A stretch of DNA of 59,937 bases, counting the filler, from Sphacelaria rigidula (taxonomy: Eukaryota): assembly GCA_964200075.2 (NCBI GenBank). It is 9 parts of 9 records of this genome, joined end to end, with 100 filler letters (N's around TTAATTAATTAA, not from the genome) between each part and the next. Parts side by side here need not be neighbours in the genome. Positions count along the whole stretch, not along the records: positions 1 to 6,572 come from CAXNAA020019290.1; positions 6,673 to 13,243 come from CAXNAA020019291.1; 7 more parts are not named here. One strand, written 5' to 3'. A program made the translations under genes and the position numbers. The notes beneath the pieces were generated by a model, which saw only the letters and a list, made by a program, of their open reading frames with translations, did no database searches and was not told the DNA's origin. Below are positions 1-11,505 of the stretch, in pieces. Position 1 is the first letter of the stretch. Every line of letters starts with the position of its first letter.

Positions 1-38
1 GAGCGCTGGCAAGGGGAGTCGCCCTCCTCGTAGTGAAA

Positions 39-110
39 GTGACGGGGATTGAACCCCCACGACTAACTTTTGTGACGGTTTAGGAGACAACCAACTAGAC
101 CACCGACCAG
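39..110 (-). mobile_element. tRNA-derived SINE head / tRNA-like fragment
   Basis: The minus strand has an A box (TGGTCTAGTTGG) and a B box (GGTTCAATCC) at tRNA spacing, but no clean cloverleaf. It abuts Gypsy RT sequence. Confidence 0.55.
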
Positions 111-151
111 TCAGCAGTCAGTCGTCTAGTTGGTTGTCTCTTAAACTGTCA

Positions 152-3100
152 TATTACCCCCTAACGGGTGCGCAAGGGGTGTTGAATGCGACGGGGTATT
201 TTCAAGGCATCATGACAAGATTATTATATTGACCAGACTTCAGTGCAAAGTTTGGGTGGGTGATATCTTGTGGTGGGGTAAAGATGAGGATGATCTGTTG
301 TGCATGTACACTGGACGAGATTTTGGGCCGTTTGGAGGATGCTGATTTTTTTGCGGCTGCCCTCAAGTACATGTTCTACGACACATAAATCACGTGGTGC
401 GGAAAGGTCTTTTCAGGTGGTCAAAGTGGCTCATGACCGCGAGAGACTGAGCGGGCTGGCCAATCTTAGGCGCCCGCGCACAGCAGGCGAGCTTATGCAG
501 TTCCTGCAGGCGGTAAACTGGCTGAGAACGTCCCTGCCGCGTTTGGCGGAGGTGGTGGAGCCGCTGCGGGTATTACTGGAGGAACACATGCAGGGAAACC
601 TGCGCCGTACCAAGCAAGTGGCGCCAAACCGGACAATCGAAGAGTCGACATGGACCTCCAAGCGTGCTCCGGCGTGGGACGAGGCGCAAGATTTGGTGGC
701 GCATGCTGTCGTTTTTGTCATATCCCAAGCAGGGGTATGAGGTAATCATGTTTCCAGACGCATCGGATCTACACTGGGGCATTTTTATTACGCAGGTGCC
801 CGAGGATGAGCTGGGTGGTACATTGACGGTGGAAGACATGAGCCATGAGCCGATGGGGTTTCACAGCGGAATTTTCGTGGAGCGCAGGTACGGTGGGCAA
901 GGTGGACAAGGAAGGCTATGCATCGTGAGTACTTTCCGTAGGTTGGGGTATCTTCTATCGGGTGGGGTATATATCTTCACCGATCATGTTAACCTCGCAT
1001 ACATTGTTAACCCCGAGGCGTGCGTTGCATCCGTGTCCAAGACTGCTGCCCAGAGGTTCGAGCAATGGAAGGCTGTGCTCGGGAAGTACGATTACTCCAC
1101 CAGGCACATTGCTGGTGAGCGCAACTGCTGGGGAGATTTACTGTCAAGGCGGGTAAACATCCCGGCGGTGTCTGTGCGTGCTGCGGCCGTGTTTGCGAGC
1201 GATCAGCCTGATGAAACGCTGCCGTCGAAGAACACTATTCGTGAGGCCCAAGAGCAGCAGCGCCCAAGCTGTGTTCGGAGTGATGGATGCGGGAGTACCC
1301 ACTTTTGCAGCAGCTGTTGGCCGAATTTCGAAAGACGGTGAGAGTTAATTTCGCGTGCATGTAGCAGGGCGGAATGTGTTGTGGATCCCGCCGCATGCAA
1401 AAGAGCTGCAAACACGCTTGATGGTGTGTGCTCATATGAAGGAGGTGGGCCATCGGCGTGTTGTGGCGACACTGCAGCGGCTGCAAGAACATTGCTCTTG
1501 ATTTTAGATGAAAGCTCATGTGACGGGTTTTGTGAGAAAATGCTTGCATTTTGTGGACTCGAAAGCTGGTGATATGGTCCCGGGGCCACTAGGGGAGACA
1601 GTGCATGGCACACGACCCCGTGAGGTGATTCATTTTTATCATCTGTACGTTGGAGAAAGTGGTCCGCTGGGCGAGATCGGCCTGGATGAAGGAAGGCGAC
1701 GGGTGCGAGTACATATTTGAAATGATGGGTGATCTGTGCAATTCCGCGTGGTTGGAGCCCACCGAGTCTTGTACAGCTGCAGCGACGGTGCAACATCTGC
1801 TGGCGTGGTGCAAGGCGTTGGGTTCGCTGGAGGTCTTGGTTAGTGACACCGCGTTGCATTTTAAGAACCATGTGATGCGAGCACAGGAGAAGGCACTGAA
1901 GCTGGACAGGAGGTTCGCGGTTCCAAACTCGCCGTGGTCAAATGGTACGTGTGAAAGGATGATGCGAGAGGTTGCTCGTACTTTGAATTTGAAGGCCATG
2001 CTGCAAGAAGAGAGGTGCGACGTTCGTGACTGGGTGGGACTATTGTCTGCCGTACAGGGGGCATTGAACACGGCATTCCGCGAGCGAGCGCTACCTGCGC
2101 CAGTACGCCATACCATGTGAAGTTTGGACAGGCGCCGCGCACAAGTTTTTCAGCCCTGACATCGTCGACCGGCGGCGAGTGGCGACTTGATGTGCTGGAT
2201 GAGAACATGCTGCAGGAAAAGGTGATATCAGTCGTGGCGGCGCAGCAAGCATTGCACAAGGAGGTGGCGCAGCGTGTTGAGAGGACTCGTGAACTGCAAC
2301 GACGTGTAGCTAGTAAGGGACACTTGCCAAATTCATGGTGAGTGACTATGTATTGGCTGCGAGGGTTAGGCGCTCAAGAACAACGCCAAAACTCATCAGT
2401 ACGTGGACAGGGCCTCGGAGGATCGTGGCAACGGAGCATGAGCATGTGTACGAGATTCAGATCATCGTGAATGGCGAGGTATAGGACGCGCATGTCGCAT
2501 GTCTTCGGTACTATGCGGACAAGGAACTGGACGTCACTGCGGATCTGAGGGAAGTGTTCCAGTATGCGTTTGCTCAAGGAGAGTTCGAGATGGAGGCGAT
2601 CGTTGACTTGTCCGAGGCTCAAGACGGTGATGGGTCCGTTGTACACGTGGAATGGGTAGGTTTCGGCAAGGACGAGAGCTCGTGGGAGCCACTGGAAACC
2701 ATTTGGGAAGGAGCCTCGTAGTTTGTACGTTCTGAATTGCGTAAGTTGCGACTAACAAAGCAGGAACGGGCGCGTTTGCTGGCTAAGTATGGCCTCAAGC
2801 TCTGATTGGTTGGGTTTCAAGCTGTGATCGGTTGTTGGTGTCGTTCATGAATTCTACTTTGCAATTTGGTGTTCGTTGAGTATACCGCTTGATTATCCTT
2901 TGCTTAACATGTTGGAGAAGCTTGTGCTGGTGTTTTAGGATTATAGTAGAAGGGGCATCGTGATTCGACCTGATGCGGTCTGATAATGCTTGTCTCTTGT
3001 TGACATCGTAGAGTACTGTCGGTGTCTACTGTTTTGTCAAATTTGCTTTCTACTTCGAGCAGTGCGAATTTTTGGAGGGTGCTGTAGAGTAGTCCACCTA

Positions 3101-3335
3101 TAGTATACTTGCAACATGTAGATATGCGGTGGATCCTGGATTAATTGTTTGGAGGATAACTATTGGATACGTGACATATCGTGTTCGTGAGAAAAGCCCA
3201 TGAAGCCTATTTCTGGGTAATGGAGACTGCTGTTTGCATAACTGCTTGAAATCTTGAAGTCTCTGGAGCCCGTGACAGGCAGGAAGTCTCTGGAGCAGCA
3301 CTGTAACCTTGTTCTGACTCCAGGCAGGTTGACAC
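152..3335 (+). mobile_element. Degenerate Ty3/Gypsy chromodomain LTR retrotransposon, copy A (RT-RNaseH-integrase-chromodomain plus truncated 3' LTR 3083-~3335)
   Basis: RT motifs QGVLNATGYFQ and CKVWVGDILWW (decayed xxDD). RNase H FPDASDLHWG...FTDH...HIAGERNCWGDLLSR. Integrase LVSDTALHF...SPWSNGTCER. Chromodomain VHVEWVGFGKDESSWEPLETI near 2640-2705. A purine-rich tract precedes TGTAGAGTAGTCCACC at 3083. Many stops and frameshifts. Confidence 0.92.
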
Positions 3336-5353
3336 GTGCATGTTGCAGGGAGAGATGTACTGTGGATCCCACCGGAAGCGAAAGAGCTACAAACACGCTT
3401 GATGGTATGCGCTCACATGAAAAGGGCTGGTCACCGAGGGGTTGTGGCAACTTCACAGCGCTTACAAGAGTATTGTTGTTGGTTTCGGATGGAGACTCAT
3501 GTGACTGAGTTTGTGAAGTAATGCCTGCACTGTTCGGATTCCAAGGCGGGGGACATGGTCCCGCGTCCCTTCGGCGAGGCGGTGCATGGTATCCGCCCAG
3601 GAGAGGTGCTGCATTTTGATTTTCTCCACGTTGGCGAGAGTGGCCCCCTGGGAGATAGTGGCTTGGACGAAGGAGACGGGTTCAAGTATATATTAATCAT
3701 GATGGACGATTTGAGCAACTTCGTGTGGTTGGAGCCCGGGGAGTCTTTCTTGTACGGCGGCGACGACGGTGAAGCATCTGTTGACATGGTGCAAAACGCT
3801 GGGGTCGCCAGACGTATGGGTCAGCGATACGTCATCGTATTTCAAGAATCGTGTGATGAGAGCGCTTGAGAAAGCGCTGAAGCTGGATCGCCGATTCGCG
3901 GTTGCTAACTCGCCGTGGTCTAATGATACCTGCGAGCGAATGATGCGTGAGCTTGTTCGTACCTAGAAGGCAAGGTTGCAAGAGGAAAGACGTGATGTTC
4001 GTGAATAGGTGAGTTTGGTACCTACAGTGCAGTGGGCATTAAACACTGCTTTCCGAGAGCGTTATGCTAGCACGCCATACCATGTTATGTTTGGCTGGGC
4101 ACCGCGCACCAGCTTCTCTACTCTGGCATCGTCAACTGGGGGCAAATGGAGCGTCAATGTGTTTGACGAAGACGGGTTGAGGCGACAGGTGACGTCCATC
4201 GTTGAGGCTCAGCAAGAGTTGTAAAACAAGGTGGCACAGCGTGTCGACAAGAATCGTGATTCACAGAGACGTGTGGCTAATAAGGGGAAGCTTCCTGACT
4301 TTGTGGTGGGCGATTACGTGCTGGCGGCGAGGGTGAGGCGTTCGGAAACTGCGCCGAAGCTTGTGAGTACGTGGACGGGACCTGGGCGGATTGTGACGAC
4401 GGAACAACAACATGTCTAGGGGGTACAGAACATTGTGAATGGCGAGGTACAGGATGTTCATGTCGCCCGCCTTCGATGTTTTGCGGACAAGGAGGTGAAG
4501 ATTACAGCTGATGTCAAGGAGGTGTTCCAGTATGCTTTTGCACAAGGCGACTTCGAGATGGCGTCTATTGTCGGTATATCTGAGGACGAAGCAGGAGATG
4601 GATTTCATGTACAAGTGGAGTAGATCGGATGTGGCCAAGATGACAACTGGTGGGAGCCTCTGGACAATATTTTGGACGGAGCCCCGCAATTTGTAAAATC
4701 TGAGCTGCGTAAGTTGGGATTAAGTAAATAGGTGCGAGCACGTTTGCAGACGAAGTATGGTATGAAGCTTTGAAAATATGATGATATCGAATAGTACTGG
4801 TTGCGATGGAAATATACTTAGTACGTTTGTTTTGTGTGAAAATGCTTACGTGGAAATTACCGTTGGAGAATGGTCGACTTCCCTGAGTTCGCTTGAGACA
4901 TTGTCTTTGAGTCTCGATGTTCAAGGTTGTGCACGTTATCATTCTTATGGAACATGACAGTACAAGGTCGTGAGTCACTACCGGGGGAACAAAGGTTACA
5001 TACGTGATAGTCGGTGTCTACTGTTTTGTCAAACTCGCGTTCTAAATCGAGTAGTGCGGAGTTTTGGGGGGTGCTGTAGAGTAGTCCACCTCCAGTACAC
5101 GTACGAGCAGGCTCATGATGATATACAAGTGGAACAATCTGCTGTAGGTGTTTTCTATTGGTTGACGGACTTGCGGGTCTGATCGGCAGACGATGTGGAT
5201 TTGACGTGACATGCTTCACGCATGTGATAACTTCCGATACCGAAGGCTGGGTGTTTATGAATAAGAACTGTCTTGAAGTCTCCAAGCCCTAGTGAGGGGG
5301 GAAGCCCTTGGAGCAATCTTGTGACCTTGTTCTGAGTCCAGGTGGGCTCTATA
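3336..5353 (+). mobile_element. Degenerate Ty3/Gypsy copy B (integrase-chromodomain plus truncated 3' LTR 5075-5353)
   Basis: Colinear, diverged paralogue of about 1353-3335: VLHFDFLHVG, VWVSDTSSYF, ANSPWSNDTCER, KLVSTWTGP and a chromodomain near 4550-4680. The LTR again starts TGTAGAGTAGTCCACC after TTTTGGGGGGTGC. Confidence 0.92.
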
Positions 5354-5976
5354 TGTCACCCAAGATCAGATGGCCATGTGGACCTCTCCCATCACGGGCA
5401 CAAGGACTTCAGCAGTTTTAGTTATTCATATCTTAACCCTCAGCATAGTACAGGAGAACAGGACCATAGCCGCTCTCCACCAGAGGAGCAAAACCGGTCT
5501 CTCTCGTCGTGGAGGTCACCCATTACAGAGTCCGGCAATCAGACCCGCAACTCCACGTACACAATTTCCGCAGCCCTAGGTAATAATGGTGGCTAGAGTC
5601 TATCTACATGCCCAACATCATAAGCATGCTTCAAGAACGTGTCACACATACATATCGCAATATGTTTCGGCACGAGATCAGAGACTGCTGTCATCTCAAA
5701 GAGATTTGTCCACCTCGCGTTCACGTGGACCACATCTCTATAGAGCCCTCCTGGACTCAGAATAAGGTCACAAGATTGCTCCAAGGGCTTCCCCCCTCAC
5801 TAGGGCTTCGAGGCTTCAAGACAATTGTTATTGAAATCCACATAGTCTGCCGATCAGATCTGCAACTCCGTCAACCAATAGAAAACGCCTACAGCAGATT
5901 GTTCCACTTGTAGATCATCATGAACCTGCACGTACGTGTACCGGAGGTACGTGTACTGGAGGTGGACTACTCTACA
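5354..5976 (-). mobile_element. Apparently complete ~620-bp LTR of the same Gypsy family, in inverted orientation
   Basis: 5737-5976 is the reverse complement of 5075-5353. The minus strand begins TGTAGAG and ends GGTGACA (TG...CA). No matching TSD was seen. Confidence 0.8.
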
Positions 5977-6300
5977 TCTCGCACATATTGCTCGTATTTC
6001 CGTATAAACTCGGCTGATTTCTCGTTCGAAAAACTGTACGGCACCTCAAGCGCCAGTGCAGGAACAACACGACCATCGACGATGACATGTTGCTGCGCCT
6101 CATCATGTTGAAAAGCCGAGCAGGCTCTGCCGCTACCTCCACGCTCTTCATCAAGCGCCAAGCCACCACGGCATGTGTACATGGTGAACGATCACAAAGC
6201 AGCACCTCAACAGCTCAACAGCGGTTCCAGTAAAACCAGCGTTGTTTCTCAATCACAGAAACAACAACGTTCCATACACCAAGGCGCGCTTGGAACCAAA
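5977..6300 (-). pseudogene. Probable gag N-terminal fragment of an LTR retrotransposon
   Basis: Peptide QHVIVDGRVVPALALEVPYSFSNEKSAEFIRKYEQYVRD is cut off by the inverted LTR. The gag assignment is by resemblance only. Confidence 0.4.
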
Positions 6301-6407
6301 CGATAATGGCCACAGCGCCTCTTCCTCACCCAGGTCTCACCACGCACGGCTGGCCACTGGGGTCTGTAACCCGTTTTTTCGGGATTTTATCCACATTTGG
6401 TAAGGTC

Positions 6408-6572
6408 CGCGGATTAGGTGGACAACTGAAGAGCATTCGCACAGAATGGACAGGTTCGAAACAAAACATGTTCCAGTCTACAGGGGAGTCACCCGCCTAT
6501 AGACTGGGACATGTTTTGTTTCGATCCTGTCCATGCTGTGCGAATGCTCCTCAGTTGTCTACCCAATCCGCG
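6408..6572. repeat. Near-perfect inverted repeat (foldback), arms ~75 bp, running to the contig end
   Basis: CGCGGATTAGGTGGACAACTGAAGAGCATTCGCACAG... pairs with ...CTGTGCGAATGCTCCTCAGTTGTCTACCCAATCCGCG. Confidence 0.85.
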
Positions 6573-6672
6573 NNNNNNNNNNNNNNNNNNNNNNNNNNNN
6601 NNNNNNNNNNNNNNNNTTAATTAATTAANNNNNNNNNNNNNNNNNNNNNNNNNNNNNNNNNNNNNNNNNNNN
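6573..6672. other. Artificial contig spacer (N44-TTAATTAATTAA-N44); also at 13244-13343, 19915-20014, 26586-26685, 33257-33356, 39928-40027, 46599-46698 and 53269-53368
   Basis: An identical 100-bp linker with stops in all six frames recurs every ~6671 bp. Confidence 0.99.
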
Positions 6673-6737
6673 TGTCCCCGGGTCATCATCCAGGATCCTA
6701 CACATGCTACATCTACTACGCCTTGGTGTATTTTGGC

Positions 6738-7149
6738 TACAGGATGGATCTTTTATTGGGGATGAGAAACCCCGAGGATGAAAATCTTCGTATCTGCAAC
6801 AAATCTTCGAAATATGGATTCATTTCTTCACCTACTGATAGCTATTTACAACTGCTACGCGACATAGAAGTTTGGATTTCGATGACCGAAATGTTGGGGT
6901 CCTAGGTGAAAAACCAGTTTCGGAACCATTTGGCGTCCGTTCGGACACCCGGAATTCCCCAACCGTGGTTTTTCACCAAGGACCCCAACATTTCGGTGAT
7001 CGAAATCCAAATTTACATGGCGTGTAGCAATCGTCAAAATCTATCAGTAGGTGAAGAAATGGAACCATATTTCGAAGATTTGGTGTGGATACGAAGATTT
7101 TAGTTCTCCGGGTTTCTCATCCCCAATTAAAGATCCATCCCCAATTTGT
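6738..7149. mobile_element. Foldback MITE with long (~180 bp) imperfect inverted arms; a partial second copy lies at ~12903-13020
   Basis: GGATGGATCTTTTATTGGGGATGAGAAACCC... pairs with ...GGGTTTCTCATCCCCAATTAAAGATCCATCC. The same terminus TACAAGTTGGGGATGGATC recurs at 12904. Confidence 0.85.
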
Positions 7150-7218
7150 AAGATCCCGTGTTAATAGCGTGTTTGCCAATAACTACGCGGTCGCGTCGGG
7201 AAGTACAAGTCAATGGTG

Positions 7219-10200
7219 TGCACTTGTGAGGTGTTTGCTGTGGCTGTGGCGCGCTTCCTCGCAGTGCACTGTTCTATACCAGAGCAAGGCAATTGTCACG
7301 AGAAATCTTGATGGGTTTGAGCAGACGACGGACCCGAGTGGAACGCTGCGTCGCCGTGCTCTTCATTGTTTATTCAGATGTCACCCGCTTGTGTGCAGCT
7401 ATCTGAACCTTCTCTCTCTGATTCTCAGCCCTAATCCCCAACTATAGAGTTTACAATATAGAGCCGCGGAGCCGTTCTGGCTCGACTGAACACTGGCTAC
7501 AGTACTGGCTCCCGGACCGTTCCTGGTGGTACTTCGCACTGTACCGTACTGGCTCCTACTAGGCTGGTCGACTACATGCTCGAGAATCTACGTATGGGAT
7601 CTATGTCCAACATATAACCTGTACATTCCCCCATGATCGTATAGCTGTAACACCAGAGAGCTGATACGATCACACCCAACGCGCTAGATACGAGAAAAAT
7701 GAACCTTTCCATTGAATGCCGTAGAAGCCACATGGTGGACCTACCTGAACCCTCCGGGCTCGTCCCCACTTCCACCGCCTTTTCCGTTTCGACATTCTTT
7801 GTCAAGAACAGCGACTTGAACGCTTGTTGGCTTTGTGCGAGGTTGTCCTTGCTCGGCATGCATCCCGCACCCTTGGGTGGTCTCTCCACTACCTTTGTCG
7901 TTTCCGTCGCCGCGGGCTGCTCGTTCGCTTCTTCGCCAAGGCTAGAACCGTCCGCGCTCGGCACGAATATACTCTCGAGCTTCACTCCTTCATTATCGTC
8001 CGGCGTCTCCGGTGGTTCGGTGATTCGACCTTGTTCGTGATCATCTCTGCTTGAGGAGGATTGATCCTCCAGTCCGGCCTGCTGCTCCTTTCTTTTCTGG
8101 TGTGCCTCCGTCTTTGGACCTTCGGAGTGCTCGTCCGCGCTTGGAGTCGCATGAGTCACAGGCTCCGCCGGTGGCACCCAAGGTCCCAGCGATTCCCCGG
8201 CCTCTCGCCTCGGAGGCTCGTTCCCCTTCGGTTGGATTTTCTCTGCCATGGCCACTTTCCATCTGTCAGCATCAGGTCCTGCCAGGGCTTCTTTTGCTGT
8301 CGACGGTTCCTGTGATCCAGTGACGACTCCGTCCCCGAGCATGCAGAATGCGCCTCAGTCCTGATCTTGTTGAAGGGCGGCGAGAAAACTGGTGTCATCT
8401 GAACTGGTGTCATCAGAACTCCTAAAGTATTGCTGTGTGTTGTCCTCCCGATGTTGGTGCGCTAGCCGACTGGACCTGCGCTGTCAACTCTCCGGAGAAG
8501 GGCGCTTCGATGATGTAGGGTCCTGTGGTGGGTGTCCATCCGGGCCATCATCGCCGTCGACTGGTGCTATTTTCTCTTCTTTCGATGGTTCGTTCTCGTC
8601 GTCACTGGGTTCGACAGTCTTCACCTCTCCCACGATGTCTAGGGTCTTAGCCTCTGATGCAAACGTGATGTGTGAAGACTTAACGAGCTTTCATACCTGT
8701 ATCAGCCATACATACCAGCAGAGAGAGCGCCGATCGTGCCCCACCAAGATGCCCCGCTTCGCATACCGGTGGAATTTTGCAGGTGCCGCGCTGCTACTTG
8801 TGCTGGTGCACGCAACCCTCGGATCCCCAAGTACAAAGCCGGTAGTATTTGAAAGACTTCCATGTCAGCCTCTCACATGGGGTTTCGCCCCCGAGGTATT
8901 CGTGGGGCACCCATGCGCCACAGCAAAGAACCAGTAGTCCTCTCCGCGTCCTGCTTTCACCGGTTGGCTGCGTGCTATCCTGATCATTTGTTAAATTGCA
9001 CGTTCAGCAATTCCATTACTTTGTGGTGTCCTCAGCGGTGAGCAGCACCACTTGATGCAGCGATTGGTCAGCATGTATTGAAATTTGGCTGACCGTCCAA
9101 ATTCCCCAGCACCGTCTCCGCTAATGCATTTGGCAGCCACTCCCTCATGGACCATTTCGTCGATGTAGGCTCCCGTGGTATCAGTGGCAGCATCTCGTGT
9201 CTTGAGTCCAACAACGCGCTTGTCTCGACTGGCCTCGTCCACGAAAACCTGGAAGTATTTCATGCCCGTGACATCGGCGTCGAAAGGCCCTTCACAATCA
9301 ATATGCACAACTTCACCTGGTGCTTTAGGACTCCCGCCGCCGAGGCCGTAGCTGAGCGTCTCGGGCTTGCATTTCTTGCAGGCGCTGCAGCGCATCTCGG
9401 ACGCTATCGGGGTGTCAGTAACATCGATCAGCCCTCGCTTCTCGAGGTGTTTCATGGCAGCCGGATCGATGTGTCCAAGTGTCGTTATACTGATTCTGTG
9501 TGAGGCGCTGCTTCTTGTTTGCGAACGAAGCGTGCGCCGACGCCTGAGGTTTGCCATTCCCCTCCAGCGATGCCGACAGGGTCAGGACTCTCTATTTTCG
9601 GCTAGGGGGATCTTCGGTCCATCCTTTCTGAACCAAAGGTAGCTCTCCTTCCTGCCGGAATTCACGAATTCTCCTCCGTCACGCCGAATCGTTCCGGTAC
9701 TCAGCAGCCGGCAAGGTAGTCCAGGGACCCAAAGTACGATTTTTTGTGTGACCTTTGCTGGAAGCTCCTTGCCCCGAACGCTCACGTGTAATAGGATCTC
9801 TACCATTGCCAGCGCCTGCAGCTGCTCCTTGTTCCCAAATGTACTGCTTCGATTAGCCGTGCGCGTGCTCTTGAGAACCTTGCTGCCGGGAGTCATGTAA
9901 ACATTCGCTCCCGACGTGACGTGCACATGAATACTACTCGTTCGTCTTCGACTACCATGTTCATCGTCATGAATGCCCTTGGTCTGGCCCTCCTTTCGTA
10001 ACTTCGCCCGTTGTGTGCAGGAGGTGGGAAGGTTCGTGCGGGGCTCATTCCCGGCGGTTGTTTAGCCAAAGGTTTGCCGTCAAGGTAGGAGCGACGCTTC
10101 CGCCACCTGTGGTTTCGTTTTAAACAGTAGGCGCATATGATTGCTATCGAGCACCGCGTCGGTTTTGTTGCCGTCGGTTCTCGATTGGAACGCTACTGCC

Positions 10201-11441
10201 TTATCGCGGCGTTTCAAGTCAGATGTTAGATATGCTGACAATGTTACGACTGCCTGTTTCACCTCCTCGTATGTTATCCCTGGCTGGGTTGTGAGCTGGA
10301 TGAATACTTGCGGAAGCGCCTTCTTGATCCCGGGTAAAAGGGCTGCCCTCTTAGTCTCCTCGGCTTTGACGTTTCCAAGTACTTCGAATTCCCCCCAGAC
10401 GGTGTCCAGCTTCACCATACACTCTGCTGATGCTTCTGCAGAATTGCATCGGAGATCCCGCAGTCTTTGTTCCAATGCAAGTAGTTGCACAGGCCGCTCG
10501 TCCTGTGCACGTCCTCCATAGATTCGTTCCATCTCCAGCCAGTCTTCCCTGCCGTCGGGGTTGCCACCATGTTCGCATCGTGCGACGATGGCTACGGCTG
10601 ACCCTTCCGTAGCCTCTACCAAGAGAAACCAAAAAGACCGCGTAATGCGTTGGTGCGTTTCGTACGCCCTACGGTGGTCGAGTGTTGTAGTCGCTATCGG
10701 AACGACCGGTGTGGTGTAATCCAGTCGCAGCAGGGGGTATAGGCTCTTCCCCTCTGCGTATTCAACGATGGAAAGTCTTCATGGGTTCCATGTTTCTCGC
10801 GAGTGCCCACGAGCGCCCGTCTAGACTGGCAACTTGCGTGTCTGCCTCCATACTCTTCGCGGCTCACGAACCTATGCACTTGTGAGGTGTTTGATGTGGC
10901 CATGGCGCGCTTCCTCGCAGTGCATCGTTCTATACCAGAGCAAGGCAATTGTCACGAGAAATCTTGATGGGTTTGAGCAGACGACGGACCCGAGTGAAAC
11001 GCTGCGTCGCCGTGCTCTTCATTGTTTATTCAGATGTCACCCGCTTGTGTACAGCTATCTGAACCTTCTCTCTCTGATTCTCAGCCCTAATCCCCAACTA
11101 TAGAGTTTACAATATAGAGCCGCGGAGCCGTTCTGGCTCGACTGAACACTGGCTACAGAGTCATCCTACGATAGGGGGGGGGGAGGGGGTATGTGGTTGC
11201 ACGAAAAAGGAGCCTCATAGGTGTGTCAGACGACCTGCCACACTTAGGTTGCGCTTATATTGGGTTTCAAACGGTGTCAAGCAGTATGGATGAGCGTTAT
11301 TAATCCACAACAAGCTTGTTCGAACAAGCGTTGCTGCTTTCAACGACGATTTGAGCCGGAATTTCGTGCAAGAAGTGGCCCAAGATACCCCCCCCCCCCC
11401 ACGTTTGATGACTCTACAGTACTGGCCCCCGAACCGTTCCT
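7219..11441 (-). mobile_element. Ty1/Copia LTR retrotransposon, internally deleted (gag-protease-integrase present, RT/RNase H missing); 3' LTR 7219-7625, 5' LTR 10875-11441 interrupted by MITEs
   Basis: Direct repeats 7219-7501 and 10875-11157 differ by about 7 bases by eye. PPT GGGGGAA precedes TGTACAGG at 7625. PBS-like GGTTCGTGAGCC follows the 5' LTR. Gag ORF 10080-10622, protease SGANVYMT, integrase VHIDCEGPF...SGDGAGEF...TPQSNGIAERAI, and the pre-RT motif EPSTAKEALAGPDADRWKVAM. Confidence 0.93.
11158..11414. mobile_element. Non-autonomous TIR element (Sola-like, GAG termini) inserted in the Copia 5' LTR
   Basis: Termini GAGTCATC...GATGACTC with subterminal G and C runs. 4-bp TSD TACA at 11154-57 and 11415-18. 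The LTR sequence resumes exactly after it, as judged against the uninterrupted LTR at ~7495-7525. Confidence 0.9.
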
Positions 11442-11505
11442 GAGTCGTCCTACGATAGGGGGGGGGGGGGGTATTGGATTGCACGGAAAAAGAGTCATTT
11501 CAATC
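11442..11505 (+). mobile_element. Truncated second copy of the GAG-terminus MITE
   Basis: GAGTCGTCCTACGATAGGGGG... matches the left terminus at 11158. Confidence 0.7.

Noticed and set aside
1205..1222. Hammerhead ribozyme core CTGATGA (also at ~29207, ~32063 and ~46285)
   Set aside because: No stem II followed by GAAA and no cleavage-site helix.
6617..6628. TTAATTAATTAA palindrome recurring every ~6.67 kb, as a regulatory or repeat system
   Set aside because: It is embedded in N runs and is an artificial six-frame-stop linker.
8392..8937. Plus-strand ORFs over LTR elements as host genes
   Set aside because: They are antisense shadows of the retrotransposon pol frames.
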